From Lingula anatina (taxonomy: Eukaryota > Animalia > Brachiopoda), in assembly GCA_051362555.1 (NCBI GenBank), contig CM120645.1, forward strand, positions 15,624,001-15,688,000: 64,000 nt of DNA. The letters run 5' to 3'. Each line of letters opens with the position of its first letter. Positions within the stretch are counted from its first letter, which is position 1. Below, in pieces: positions 10,522 to 22,499 of the stretch. The notes beneath the pieces were generated by a model. That model was given only the letters and a program-made list of their open reading frames with translations, ran no database searches and was not told where the DNA came from. Position numbers and translations under genes: made by a program.

Positions 10522-13470
10522 GGGAGGGGGGGGGTAACAACTTCAAGATGGCAGTGCCCCAAGATTACTGGCTATATACAACATTGGTCAAAAATGTTGT
10601 CCCACCCCCAATTCCATGTGCTTTTATTCACAAATGATCACCACACAGGTGTAAATTGTTATTAACAGTGCTGTTTTAAACAATTCCATTCCCCCTCTTT
10701 TATATTTCGACGGGCACAACATAGCGTTAAGATGAAAGCGATGATGAATTGTGATGCAAAACTTTTGCCTGTGCGTTCTTAGAAGAGAAAATATTGCCCT
10801 TAATTCACGCACATGTTGTAGATGTATCTAGGATTATCAGTATGCCTCAGTTCAAAACAAAGAATAAAATATGTTGTTTGTAGCGCAAAAATTCTGATCA
10901 CCATGGTAAAATCACCAATGTCAAATTACGCGCAATTACCCTTAAGAAAATTTGACCACGAGGTTTAAACTATAAAGTCGTCTGCATAATTTTACTGTAC
11001 CAATTTTTATCAAAAAGTGTCACCTAACAGGTTAACTGTCCTTGACCTCGGTTATGTGCACCCCTGATGATCGAAACGACAATCAGGCGCTTCTTTACAA
11101 AACGTTAAGTTAAATTTCTTTATGCAAGTCCTTAAAATGCCAATGATGTTTTTTTTTTTAATATTTAAAAATTAGTGATTTTAATAGTTTTCTGCTACTG
11201 CGTGTGGATACTACATGTATATAATTTCTTTGACATCTGTACTCCCGGGGTGTTTCGATTTTTTTCCTTATCCCCTGACATGGAAAGGACGTTAAACGAA
11301 GACTGTCAGAAAATATCTTTGGATCCGCCCCTGCGTTTCATATGGCTGTACCTATAAGGGCAAATTCGCTGATGCATCAGCGTGTGTCTTGTATTATGTA
11401 TCTTTGCTACATGCCAGACGTAACCTCCTGACATTCAGCTATCGCCATTATAATCATTATCTTTTTTACTTTGTGTTGTACGAATGGTCACAGGCTTCGC
11501 TTCTAAAGTGTGCGGTGAGGCGTCATGAAATAATCTAACACTGCAGCTTTTTTCATTATTCCCTGCTGCGGTCTATTATGCTGGTATATAATTTTCTGAT
11601 ATTTGTGTGTGTTGATTTCTTTCCCAATCCTGAACCTGAGGAAAAGGTTTGCATGAAAACGCTTGTAAAGACACATCTGTTCATGTGACACTTTGTATCA
11701 CATTACATTCATTTACGGCCTGCCAGAGGTAATCTTACGTCCAGCATTACCACCATTATACTGGGTAGACTTACATGTAGTATATTATTATTGTGTATGC
11801 CACAGGCTACAGTTAATTTATTTTCTTCTTTCAACTTCAATTGGCCTTTCAACAAATTATAGCAATGAAACTTGTACAGCTCCAGTTAGATGTATCTATT
11901 TTAAGTATTATTATTTAGGTCATTCCAATCCAAAAACAATTTTGTAAAACTGCATTCTGTTCAACTGTTCAACGGAGAATGGGTGACTTGATAACAACTT
12001 GAAATAGACAGTGCCCCAGGGTAACTGTCTATTTATACACAGTCAACCCTCTTGTAACCATTCCATGGTCCTCAGCAGTTCGTTTCCAATACTACATGTA
12101 CCGGCCTTTTGCTGTGCACGGTGATAACTCTTGGCTTAGTCGAGAATCTAGGATAATGCATTTCACTTCCTTGAAAATCACCCATGTGTGTGTGTGTGTC
12201 TGTGTGTGTGTGTTTGTGTGTGTGCGTGCGAACGTGCGTGCGCGCGTGTGTGTGTGTGTGTGTGGATAGATAGATAGATACATTTAAATAGATAGATTAT
12301 AATGGAGAGTCGTGGGAAAATGACACATAATAGATATTACCAGTAACTTAGAGCGCACTATAACCAAATAAGGGAATGTTGACAGATAGGCAAGAATATT
12401 AGGTTATTAAAAAACCAGAGATGCATCGTGGTATTGGGGCTTAACATGAGAAGTTTAAAAGGAAAGTCTTATGAGTGTATAATCAGAATATACGAATTAA
12501 TCTTTTTGACAACAAAAGGGTGTATCTCTCCTTGCTCTCTCAAAGTGGTTTAAAGACCCATCGCATGTCTTCCACATGGTCTTTTTGGAGAGCGGCTGTT
12601 GCCATAGTTAAAATTGTCATATTAGAATATAGGTGACTGACTACGGTTTATGCTCTGTGTCACTAAAATTCCTTTCGTTTCTTTTATAGAAACTGACGTT
12701 GGTTATTGTTAAGTGACTTCATCTGATGGGTTGTATTTGTGAACGTCGGTCTGCTGATAGGAAATATAAAGTAGATTTTGTCTTCGTCGGAGGACTAGCG
12801 AGGTTTTTAAATTTTGAGGTTTTTGCTTACCTCTTTGTTTCATTTTTTTTTTCTTTAATGACCTCATCCTCTACCACTTTATCATAGTCACGACGACGAC
12901 GAGTTGGAGCTTTCAAATGTATGTTTATTCACAGACATACTTTTCATATAACAGTAAATACAAAAGTATTTATATCCAATTTCTCCTTACTGAGGCGCAC
13001 GTTTGCTTGTTTTCTTTACATCACATTTTGTGTGACCACAAGATTCTTTCTTTTCTGATTTGTCATTTCACTATCCAATATGTTCTTATAAATCAATCTC
13101 TGTGAGCCTTGTTTTCAATTTAATGTCTAAAATATTATTCCCATTTCATCATACTTCCTAAAATATTTCTAAGCAGTTGGTACTTAAAGTTGAATAGTGT
13201 TTCAGTTTTTGGGATTTTGATCACACGATCTCAAGTTTTTTCTTCTAGTATTTTTGGAAAGATCAATGAATTACAATGCAAACGGGCGAAAGTTCAAATA
13301 TAGTAGACGTTTTAATATTGATCAGAACTATTGCAAAATATATCGGATATATCAGGAAGTCATGAAAAGTCAGAATTCGCTTAAATGGACTATAAATTGC
13401 CGTTATAATTTTTTTAGATTTTCTTATGAAATACCCTGACAAAATGCAGCCAAATTAGTTTTCTTTATGC

Positions 13471-16000
13471 TTACTGAAATATAACTAGAAAGAGCAAACA
13501 TAAGAAAGCAATAATTACAGAGGAAAGCAATGACAGAGGAACAGAATTCAAAATTGATGGTAGTCGTAGATTAGACCTCACGAACGCCTGTCCCCAACAA
13601 AACAACGTCTTACTCCAAGACCGTGCAAATGTTTTCTCGATTATGTTGCCGTTGATATCGTCGTCAGACAGCCTGCCCAGAGCTTTGTTTCGGGCAAATA
13701 AAACTTCGTCACAGCGCTCTTTCATGTTACTCTTAAAGTTGGACACCAAATCTTTTGTTAAAAATCTTGATGAAGTCATTGGACTTTCAGCTAGGTAGTC
13801 CGGTACCTTTCGCGCATGTCCCAAAATGAAGGCGTAATATACCGTAATCAAATCAGCCTTTGCTTGGGCCAGCTGCTTTGTCGGAAAGAGATTTCCTGTA
13901 GTGCTTTCTTCTAACTTCTTTAATAAGACCCTGGAGGTTTCTGGGATATTTTGCCGCGTCCTCTTTCCAAAACGGCTCAATTCGCTGGAACCTTCCATGT
14001 CGCAAAACACATTTAGTGCCTGGAAAATGAGAATTTCCGCAGCAGACGACCCAATGGCTGAGTCTAAACCCCACGCAATCATTCCCTGTATGTGCGGAGC
14101 AAAGACCTCCCTTGAAACGAAACTGTCGTGCATTATTTCATTGGCCTGCTTCAGGAGTGCCGAGAGGTGTCGCTTTGCAAGATACACCTTTTCTACCATG
14201 TGCTGTTCGACGTTATTCCGTTCGTCTGCGGTAGTGAACGTCTGAAGAAAGTCCATGTACTCTCCGACAGGAGTGAGGATGTGAGGAGCTTCACACTCGG
14301 CTTTTGCAATCATAAGCTTGAAGTTTGTTTCCTGATACGCTGTTTCGGGGTCGAAATTCCAGTTGAACTTCATCCCCACAGGCAATCCACTTTCGTCATA
14401 AATAGCGTTGCATACTATTAGTGAAAAATGGTTGCCACGATATGGGAGGCCAAAATAATCATTCACCTGTAAACAAAGAAAAGGAAAAAAGAACAAAACT
14501 ACATCTAACACTCAAGATGTGCTAATAAATTAATATCCCTTATCACTTGTGTTGTTTCTGTCGGGAAGGGGGAAAGTAATACTGATATATATATATATAT
14601 ATTTGGAAAACTACCCTTTTACAACGGGGACAGCACAATGCATCTTTATATACTACGGTATTTGCAAGTAAGGAATAAAAAGCCTCTGTAAAGTTATATT
14701 AATTTTAACGCCTTATGATCCAGATTTTTTTTCGAATTGGCTCGGAATGGAGACCCAACATGTTCGTCCTTCACTTAAACTTTAGGCCCCAAATATCCCT
14801 AGTGTAAGAGATACTTTTCCAACCTTACTTTCTCTTTGAACAATGCGTAGTTTTACAAGGAGGATTTATTTTTAATATTTTCTAGCCATTTTGTTTTATT
14901 ATCTCTACATTTCAACTGTTGAAAGAGGCTGAACCAAGACGAGTGATCATTGACCTATCGCTGATCACTGTATGTCCCATGCTAAACTCATGTTTTTTTT
15001 TAAAAATAACCTCACAATAGTTAGATGCCTGAACGACACCCGTCCATTGTAATCTAGGTAACTTATTAAAGATAATTTTGGGCTACCTCCCCGGGTCCAT
15101 ATCTTATAGACAATGAAAGTAACGGATCATTTGAATATCAATAGTGCATCTCTTAACCCCCATGCCAAGGTAGCCTCTCACCTCTTGGCTGGCAGTCAGT
15201 TGAGATGCACCCAGGATTGCCGTAATCTTAGACTTTTTTCATTAGATGCCTTTTTTTACCTTTTTAAAAGGGTCCCAGAGCCATTCAGGGAACTCAAGAG
15301 TGCTTCTTTCCCGTTCCAGACTCGTGGTCGGTACAGTGCCCCAACGATAGGCGTGTACCAGATAGCTCAGACAACACAGGTAGCCCGCCAGCATCGGGAT
15401 ACACTCCGTGTCAATCAGAGACCTCGTGACCTCGTCAACTTTCAATAAATCGACCTGAATGAATGAATAACTGGATATACATTTATGATGGAATATAGCA
15501 ACAAGGCAGCAAAGCTGTCAAATGTACAGACGAAAACCAGGAAATAAAAACGCAGGAAATAGGATACTGTCAATTCTGATGAACTAATGTATTATGCTTA
15601 CTGTAACTGCATAGCCAACATCAAATTCTTATTCTGCATAACATTGGATTAGGATGAAAGTAAAATGTGTATCAAGCATTAGACTAAGTTCCCATACCTA
15701 GATCAATCTAACAGGATCAATCCAACTCCAAGGGGTTTCTCACTAAATTGCTTTCAGTTTGAGAGTCTTAGGATTCTGGCATGCCAGTTTCAGTAGGCGT
15801 GACAGACAACTAAGCCACTTACATTGATTGCAATTTAGCAAGAATTCCCATGGAGATAGATCGATCCACAGTTAGCGTGATAGGGTCTGGAAATAGTTCC
15901 TAAGGTGTCAGGCTGATAAGAGTTAAACTTTGGAAATGCCAGAATGAGGTACAGTGAAAATTACACACAAAAAAAAAATTGCTTAAAATCATTACAAAAA

Positions 16001-16069
<69 letters not shown>

Positions 16070-19000
16070 TTATTATTAATTTTTTTTTTGGCTGTATGTC
16101 AATCCTAAGAATCATTCTTGTAACTTAACGAAATACAGAAAATGTTACAAAGTAAGAGTACAGGGCTCCTGGCAGATGGGAGTGATAAGTCACAACTTGA
16201 AAATGCCAGTATAGCACTCTATAAACCTGCATTGCCTCCAAAACAGAAAACAATCACACTGGTTTTCAAACACAAGCTGCACTTCTGTCTTATGAAACTC
16301 GTAAGTAACATGGTTTTCCCTTAATCGCTATCCTGGCAGCAGTGTCCAAAATAGGGTTTTTTTCAACTTTCATGCAATTAAACATAATACACAATATTAT
16401 AACAGGTTTACCGTCATTTTATCAACAAACAATATTGTTCAGAAGCAGAAAATGTCAAAACAACACTTTTACATATCTTATTAGTTCCATAATGAGACTG
16501 TTAACATGCCTAAGAATTAAATCTGAAGAAATAAAAATTATATACAAAAATACAGAAAATGCACAGCACTTCTGGTGGATGGGAGTAAAAAATCACATCT
16601 TGAAGATGCTAGTGTTTGAAAAATAATTTTAAAAATTTTTTAAATAAAATGTAAAAAATTCCAATAAAGCTGCTATTCAAACTTTTAATCTAGCTGTATT
16701 AACTTGATATTAATAACCCCACCAAGTTTGAGAAAAATAAAGCACTGTTATTCATCTATAGCATGTTGGCATAACACATTCTTTTTGTTGTAAATTTATT
16801 TGCAATGTTTAACACCATTTATCTGCACAATTATCACCAAATCCTAATTTTGTGACACAGTTAAGAGAGCTAAATCTATGGGACTTTACAGGGAAATCTC
16901 AAGGAGTGTTTTATGTAATCTCATTTAATGGCCAATTGAAAATTAATGAGTAGGCAAGTGACTTTATAGACCTTAATTTAATTAGTGATCACCCAAGGGA
17001 CAATTTTACAGACTGCCATCCATACAGTACCATTATATAGCACAAAGGTGTTGCATACATGCTGAAAAAAGTGAAAAAACAGCATTACTTCCCTAAAAAT
17101 GACCCGATCATGCTGATTTTCAAACTTGACCTGCGTATTATGCATATTCATCAGTTCTGTAAGTTTGAAACCAAAAGGTAAAATGGTTTTCCACTTATTG
17201 TGTTATCGGTGCTGCATATATGCTGAAAAAAGTGAAAAAAAAGCATAACTACCCTAAAAATGACCCGATCATGCTGATTTTCGAACTTGACCTGCGTAAT
17301 ATGAATATTCATTAGTTCTGCAAGTTTCAAGCCAAAAGGTAAAATGATTTTTCACTTATCATGTTATCAGTGTTGCATATATGGTGAAAAAAGTGAAAAA
17401 CAGCATAACTTCCCTAAAAATGACCCGATCATGCTGATTTTTGAACTTGACCTGCGTATTATGAATATTCATCAGTTTTGTAAGTTTCAAGGGAAAAGGT
17501 AAAATGGTTTTCCACTTATCGTGTTATCGGTGCTGCATATATGCTGAAACAAGACAGCACTGTTCTGCAATGGGTTTACTTCCATTTTTAAAACACTTTT
17601 TTAACATAAAACAAAATAAACAGTTTTCTACCATTTGTATATGATCAACTAAGAAAATTGATGAGATGGGAAAAATATCAATAGAACAGTGTTAAATGTC
17701 CAATTTCCTCCATTCTGAGATAATGAATATAGTAGATGATAAAATCTGACAAACTGCAATGATATTTGTTTATTTCCATTTTTGACACTTTATAACATAA
17801 TACACAATAACAAGTTTACCATCATTTTTACATAATCAACTAACAATGTTATTAAGATGCAGGAAATGTCAAACAAACACTTTAACGTATCTTATTAGTT
17901 CAATAATGAGACTGTTTTCATGCCTAACAATTATATCTGAGAAAATGTGAAAAAACAGCATAACTTCTAAAATAATGGCCTGATTATGCTGATTTTCGAA
18001 CTCAACCTGCGTTTTAGTTTGACTACTCCTGTGAGTATAATGACAATTGGCCTATCTGTTTTTCTTATATTGTGTTATTAGCGTTGCATATATGTTGAAA
18101 GAAGTGAAAAAACAGCATAGCTTCCCTAAAAAAGGCCTGCGATGATCATGCTGATTTTCGAACTTCACCTGCGTATTATGAATATTCATCAGTTCTGTAA
18201 GTTTCAAGCCAAAAGGTAAAATGGTTCTCCATTTATGGTGTTATCGGTGCTGCATATATGCTGAAAAAAGAGAAAAAATAGCCTAAATTCACTAAAAATG
18301 ACCCAATCACGCTGATTTTCGAACTTGACCTGCGTATTATGAATATTCATCAGTTACGAAGTTTCAAGCCAAAAGGTAAAATGGTTTTCCACTTATCGTG
18401 TTATCGGTGCTGCATATATGCTGAAAAAGTGAAAAAACAGCATAAATTCCCTATAAGTGACCCGATCATGCTGATTTTCGAACTTGACCTGCGTATTATA
18501 AATATTCATCAGTTCTGTAAGTTTCAAGCCAAAAGGTAAAATGGTTTTCCACTTATCGTGTTATCGGTGCTGCATATATGCTGAAAAAAGTGAAAAAACA
18601 GCATAAATTCCCTATAAGTGACCCGATCATGCTGATTTTCGAACTTGACCTGCGTTTTACGAATATTCATCAGGTCTGTAAGTTTCAAGCCAAAAGAAAA
18701 ACAGTTTTCCACTTATCGTGTTATCGGTAAAAGTGCACGGCGACGACGGCGACGGCGACGGCGACGAATGACGCAGATGACGGCTATATGTACAGACATA
18801 TCTGTGTCTGTACATAAAAAGAAAGAAAGCAAGCATGAAAGAAAGAAACATATAAAGAACGATGAGAGAAATTGGAAATCCAACTTTCAGTTATCTTCAG
18901 TTAAGGGAGACTAAATAGAAAATATATTGCCGCGTGTGTGTTTGGCACCCTGAGCTTCAGAGCTAACTTGACACTAACCTTTTCACTGTAGCCTATCTCC

Positions 19001-20276
19001 ATCGTGTCAAGTAACCTCTGACCAGATTCGAGTGCCTCCGCCGCCCGCCAATCAAATTTAAAGCCCGCACTCAATGACTCATTGAACGATCTAGCCAATG
19101 AACGCGAACGAGTCAAAGCGCGCTTTGTTCAAATCCGGACCAATCAAAGATAAGGCTGAATATCAGGGACTTGCCGTAACCTGTGGGCAGCACGCAAAAT
19201 ACATCATCCCTCAGTAGATAATAATGCAGGGCATCATACTGCTCTGGTTTCAATTCCGATATACTCCATGCTTTCTTTGTGTACGGTTATGCACTCGGAA
19301 CCACTCGGAACTACTCGGATGTCTCCGCACTCGACAATAACTATGTTGTTAGTATGGAGCTTGCGGAATCAGCCGAGGATTGCCGATTGACGATCAACCA
19401 ATCAGCGTTTTCACCAAACTTTGGTGAAAAATTTTGAAACATGGATTCGATTGGCTTATATAAAATAGGTCAAACTATTTTCGTCAGAGGTTACTTGACA
19501 CGATGGAGATAGGCTACAGTGAAAAGGTTAGTGTCAAGTTAGCTCTGAAGCTCAGGGTGGTGTTTGGGTATTTCTTTAAAAAACGCTTAGTACTTTGGAG
19601 TACTTTTAAAACGAAATTATGGTATCATCACCGTATTTTAAACAACAAGAAACTTATTACAGAGAAAGATAGAGAGAATCAAAACCTGAAATTTAAATTT
19701 AAACAAATTATACTGACCATACTTTGGGCATCTGGCATCCGTTTCCTGAATTTTTCTGGGCTGTTAACTGTTAAGCGTGTGTGATATGAGGGTGTGCAAG
19801 AAATTGAGATTGGAAAAAAGAAGGGGGTTATCAAGTAAAAAAATAGACGAATAACAGTGTAGATAAAATAGATGAGATAATGGTGTAGTTACATTTGTCC
19901 TTTCCTTCTGAAAATTCAGACCGATAGAAATATATAGCTTGAAAGCCCAAAAATGTCTGCGACGTGTTTGTTTGTATGTTTGCGTGTGTGAGAGAAAAAT
20001 AAGAGAGTGAGCAAAAAAAAGAGAGATTCTGGAAACTGAGTTTCATATTTAAAAAATTATACTGACTCTGTTAAATTCCTCTGTCATCCATTCCCTGAAC
20101 TTCTCTGAACTGTTGAGTGTGTGTAACCTCTCTGGCATTTCAAGGCAGACATCTTGATAGACTTGGAAACATGACGGCCAGTCGTAGAATTCTGGTCGAG
20201 GAGGGTAAACTCCACCAAATTTACCCAAAAAAGTTGGCAGGTACGCCGAGTAAGCACATGTTTGCTGTGTCGCCAT
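13471..20276 (-). CDS. Divergent indoleamine 2,3-dioxygenase (IDO/PrnB)-superfamily heme protein, 466 aa, C-terminal hydrophobic segment
   Basis: Exons 20276-20067, 15454-15260, 14466-13471, all phase 0 GT-AG, form one open frame. Motifs LSYLVHAYRWG (cf. IDO1 LGCITMAYVWG), GSSAAEILIFQALNVF (cf. GGSAGQSSVFQCFDVL), RQNIPETSRVLLKKLE (cf. RRYMPPAHRNFLCSLE), LGHARKVPDYL (cf. SYHLQIVTKYI, proximal His codon 13816-13818). Confidence 0.8.
15500..18817 (-). mobile_element. Helentron-associated non-autonomous element (HINE/DINE-1-like) with internal 161-bp tandem repeats, in intron 1 of the IDO-like gene
   Basis: On the minus strand: T-run, subterminal ATGTACAGAC inside a hairpin, (GTCGCC)n microsatellite, tandem 161-bp units, matching GTCTGTACAT, short stem-loop CAGC-TTT-GCTG and TTGTT end. 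Same ends at 56797-59650. Confidence 0.75.
15683..15904. mobile_element. MITE-like dispersed repeat (GTTCCCATACCTAGATC...GATCCACAGTTAG..GATAGGG..TGGGAA) nested in the HINE
   Basis: Homologous copies at about 40108-40376 and a right-end fragment at about 43188-43234; imperfect terminal inverted repeats. Confidence 0.6.
18946..19559. mobile_element. 614-bp MITE with 77-bp perfect TIRs (CACCCTGAGC...) and 8-bp TSD GTGTTTGG
   Basis: 18946-19022 is the exact reverse complement of 19483-19559; GTGTTTGG at 18938-18945 and 19560-19567. Superfamily not determined. Confidence 0.92.
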
Positions 20277-20640
20277 TGCTTTTTTTTTCTAAAATATAAA
20301 GCCATCGAATTTATTATGGCAGGTTTCCATCTTGAAGAGCATCTTACGACATTTACGACATTTAAGACGTGATTTATGAAAGCATCAGAGCAACCCTTAG
20401 AACTTTTTAGAACTTATTAGAACTCTCACTCGACTGTTGAGCTGTTTGAAACTCCCAAGCTCAGAAAAGGAACATGCAGGCAACTGTCCTCACCATACCT
20501 TATTCACTGTGCCTCTATCTGTAAGCACCGCAGCCACAAAACCAAGATACTTTTGTGTAACTTTACTGCAATCGTCACGAGCGAGAAACTTGTGGGCGTT
20601 TCCCTTTCCTTGTGCTCTGCCAAGCAGATACGCATATACA

Positions 20641-20990
20641 AAGGCGAGACACCTTCGTAAGGACGAGACGTCCTTGCACATCAGTGTATTTGTACTCTGC
20701 AAAAGCAGACGCCCACTCACAAAGGCGAGACACCTTTGATGAGAAGGTCCGCAACAGGATTTGGATCTTGTAAAAACCATTCCGTTGACCACAGCATTGA
20801 CCACCCCCTCTCCCACCCCTATTACCAGGACTCTGCAACTGACTAAGGTCACTGACCGAAAAGCGCTTTCTGCACCAGTGCACCCCTCCAGGTACCGGGC
20901 TGTACTTCCCTCGGGCATTTTTTTTTTTAGGTCAAACTCATACAGAGGTGAGACGCCTCTTATGACGCCATACTGAGGTGAGACGTCTCA
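20641..20990. promoter_or_regulatory. Cluster of five 15-17-bp palindromic motifs with a central AGA, upstream of the IDO-like start codon
   Basis: Copies at 20641, 20659, 20721, 20944, 20974. Function is inferred only from position. Confidence 0.35.
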
Positions 20991-21049
20991 TACCACGCAA
21001 GCCACAGTATCCAATGTTCCTTGTCTTGCATGTCTTACTCTGTATATGG

Positions 21050-21400
21050 GGTGCGTCCTGTGGACAAGAGGCAGAACACTGGGAATTTACTTCTTACTAG
21101 CTGTTCTCCTCCACGAATTCTGACAACGCTTCACCTGCTTTTATCTGAGAACAGCATCATTGCCCAGTTATTGGCTGGTGTCCATTCCAGAGTTCCAGCA
21201 TACCATCTGAATCGACGCAGACGGTTCCTGGCAGTGATCACTGGGCTCCTAACAGAAAATCTGCCAAAATAATGACGACTGTGCGGACGTCTTCTGGCGG
21301 TAAACATGCTGTGCCCTGTTCTTGTGATGTGTTGCAGTCAAGTTCCAAAATGTCATGAAACCTTGTCTACGAGGCAGGCATATAAATTTTCTCTCTTGTA
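21050..21400 (-). pseudogene. Decayed Tc1-family transposase fragment
   Basis: Minus-strand translation SPVITARNRLRRFRWYAGTLEWTPANNWAMMLFSDKSR resembles the Tc1 P..T....RL.W......W..VLFSDESR segment; stops and frameshifts present. Boundaries approximate. Confidence 0.65.
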
Positions 21401-22499
21401 TGGGAGTGGTTTCCTTCGGTCGGCCTTACCCAGGTAGTTTTGCTCATGTACCTGTTTGGTTATGATGCTGTCTATCCCTCTGATTGGTTCTCATGGAAGT
21501 ACTGAGCCTTCTGGCAATTCGGCGGCTTAAAATTCACTCCCATGTCAACCACGTGGTAAAAATATATACCTCTTCGGCGCCGCATATAAAAAAAAATGGT
21601 GTCGGAGTATTTCAATGAATATGCAACGTAGGTGTATATTTTACTACTCACATCCCCAATTTACACGATGATAGGTTCCCTAGTTTTTATGTAATAGGAA
21701 AATTAAAACTAATACGGGTACCTTTGTAGCAATGTACATAATTGAATTGCAGCAGGAGTGACACTTTTTTGGTAGAGAGCACAGCGGCTGTGCCAGTAAA
21801 TTAAATGCAGCCTGGCCTTTTGAGTTCAAGACTCAAGTATTGCAATAGCAAAAAACTTAATGTTATCAGGTGCACAAGGTTGGTCACGCACTCTAGTTTC
21901 CCATGATCTTTTTATGTATGTCAAACGATTGCTTACAAAATGTCACTAATGACTTTTACATTATATTTGAGTAAATAAAAATTTATATTAATTGTTTGTC
22001 ATACCCTCGTTGTTTTCAATTTCTTCCTTGAAATAAATTCATATTTAATGAAGTTGTTTTCCGTTACTGTTGTCTCTCTATGTAAAGCCATTGATGTTTA
22101 TATATTTTTCAAACCAAAACACAAAAATACATTAAACGGGTATATATCACTGTGTACGTAAGGCTACATGTCTACTGTTACTGAGAATGTATCTTATTCA
22201 CCTGGGCTCTGCTAAAAATTGGACTTTAATAAAGAATGCCACGCTTACTAATGGATTCTTGACAACGTATTCAACAGCTAGTTTCTCTGATCACTCCTCT
22301 GATTGCTACAATATAAAGATCAACTATGTCCTTAAATTACATGTACTTTGGTCTGCAGCCAAATGATGCAGCAATAAAATATCAACACTTTTAGTTCAGA
22401 TTCTGTTATTTGTGTGTTTTATATCATAAACGATTCCTTCACGGGTCCGTGTGTGCTATAATTCTTCAGCAACCAGACTGCAATAAGGATCGTGGCACG

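Noticed and set aside
11065-11092. CTGATGA..GAAAC resembling a minimal hammerhead ribozyme core
   Set aside because: No room for stem II, no proper stem III or cleavage triplet pairing, and weak stem I.
18339-18914. ORFs with poly-Arg, (SP)n or (DA)n tracts here and at 26132-26498; also IYIY and THTH ORFs
   Set aside because: These are translations of microsatellites and HINE repeats, not genes.
20437-20976. Overlapping 70-142 aa ORFs upstream of the IDO-like gene
   Set aside because: No recognisable domain or splice link; repeated peptide motifs simply reflect the palindromic DNA motifs.
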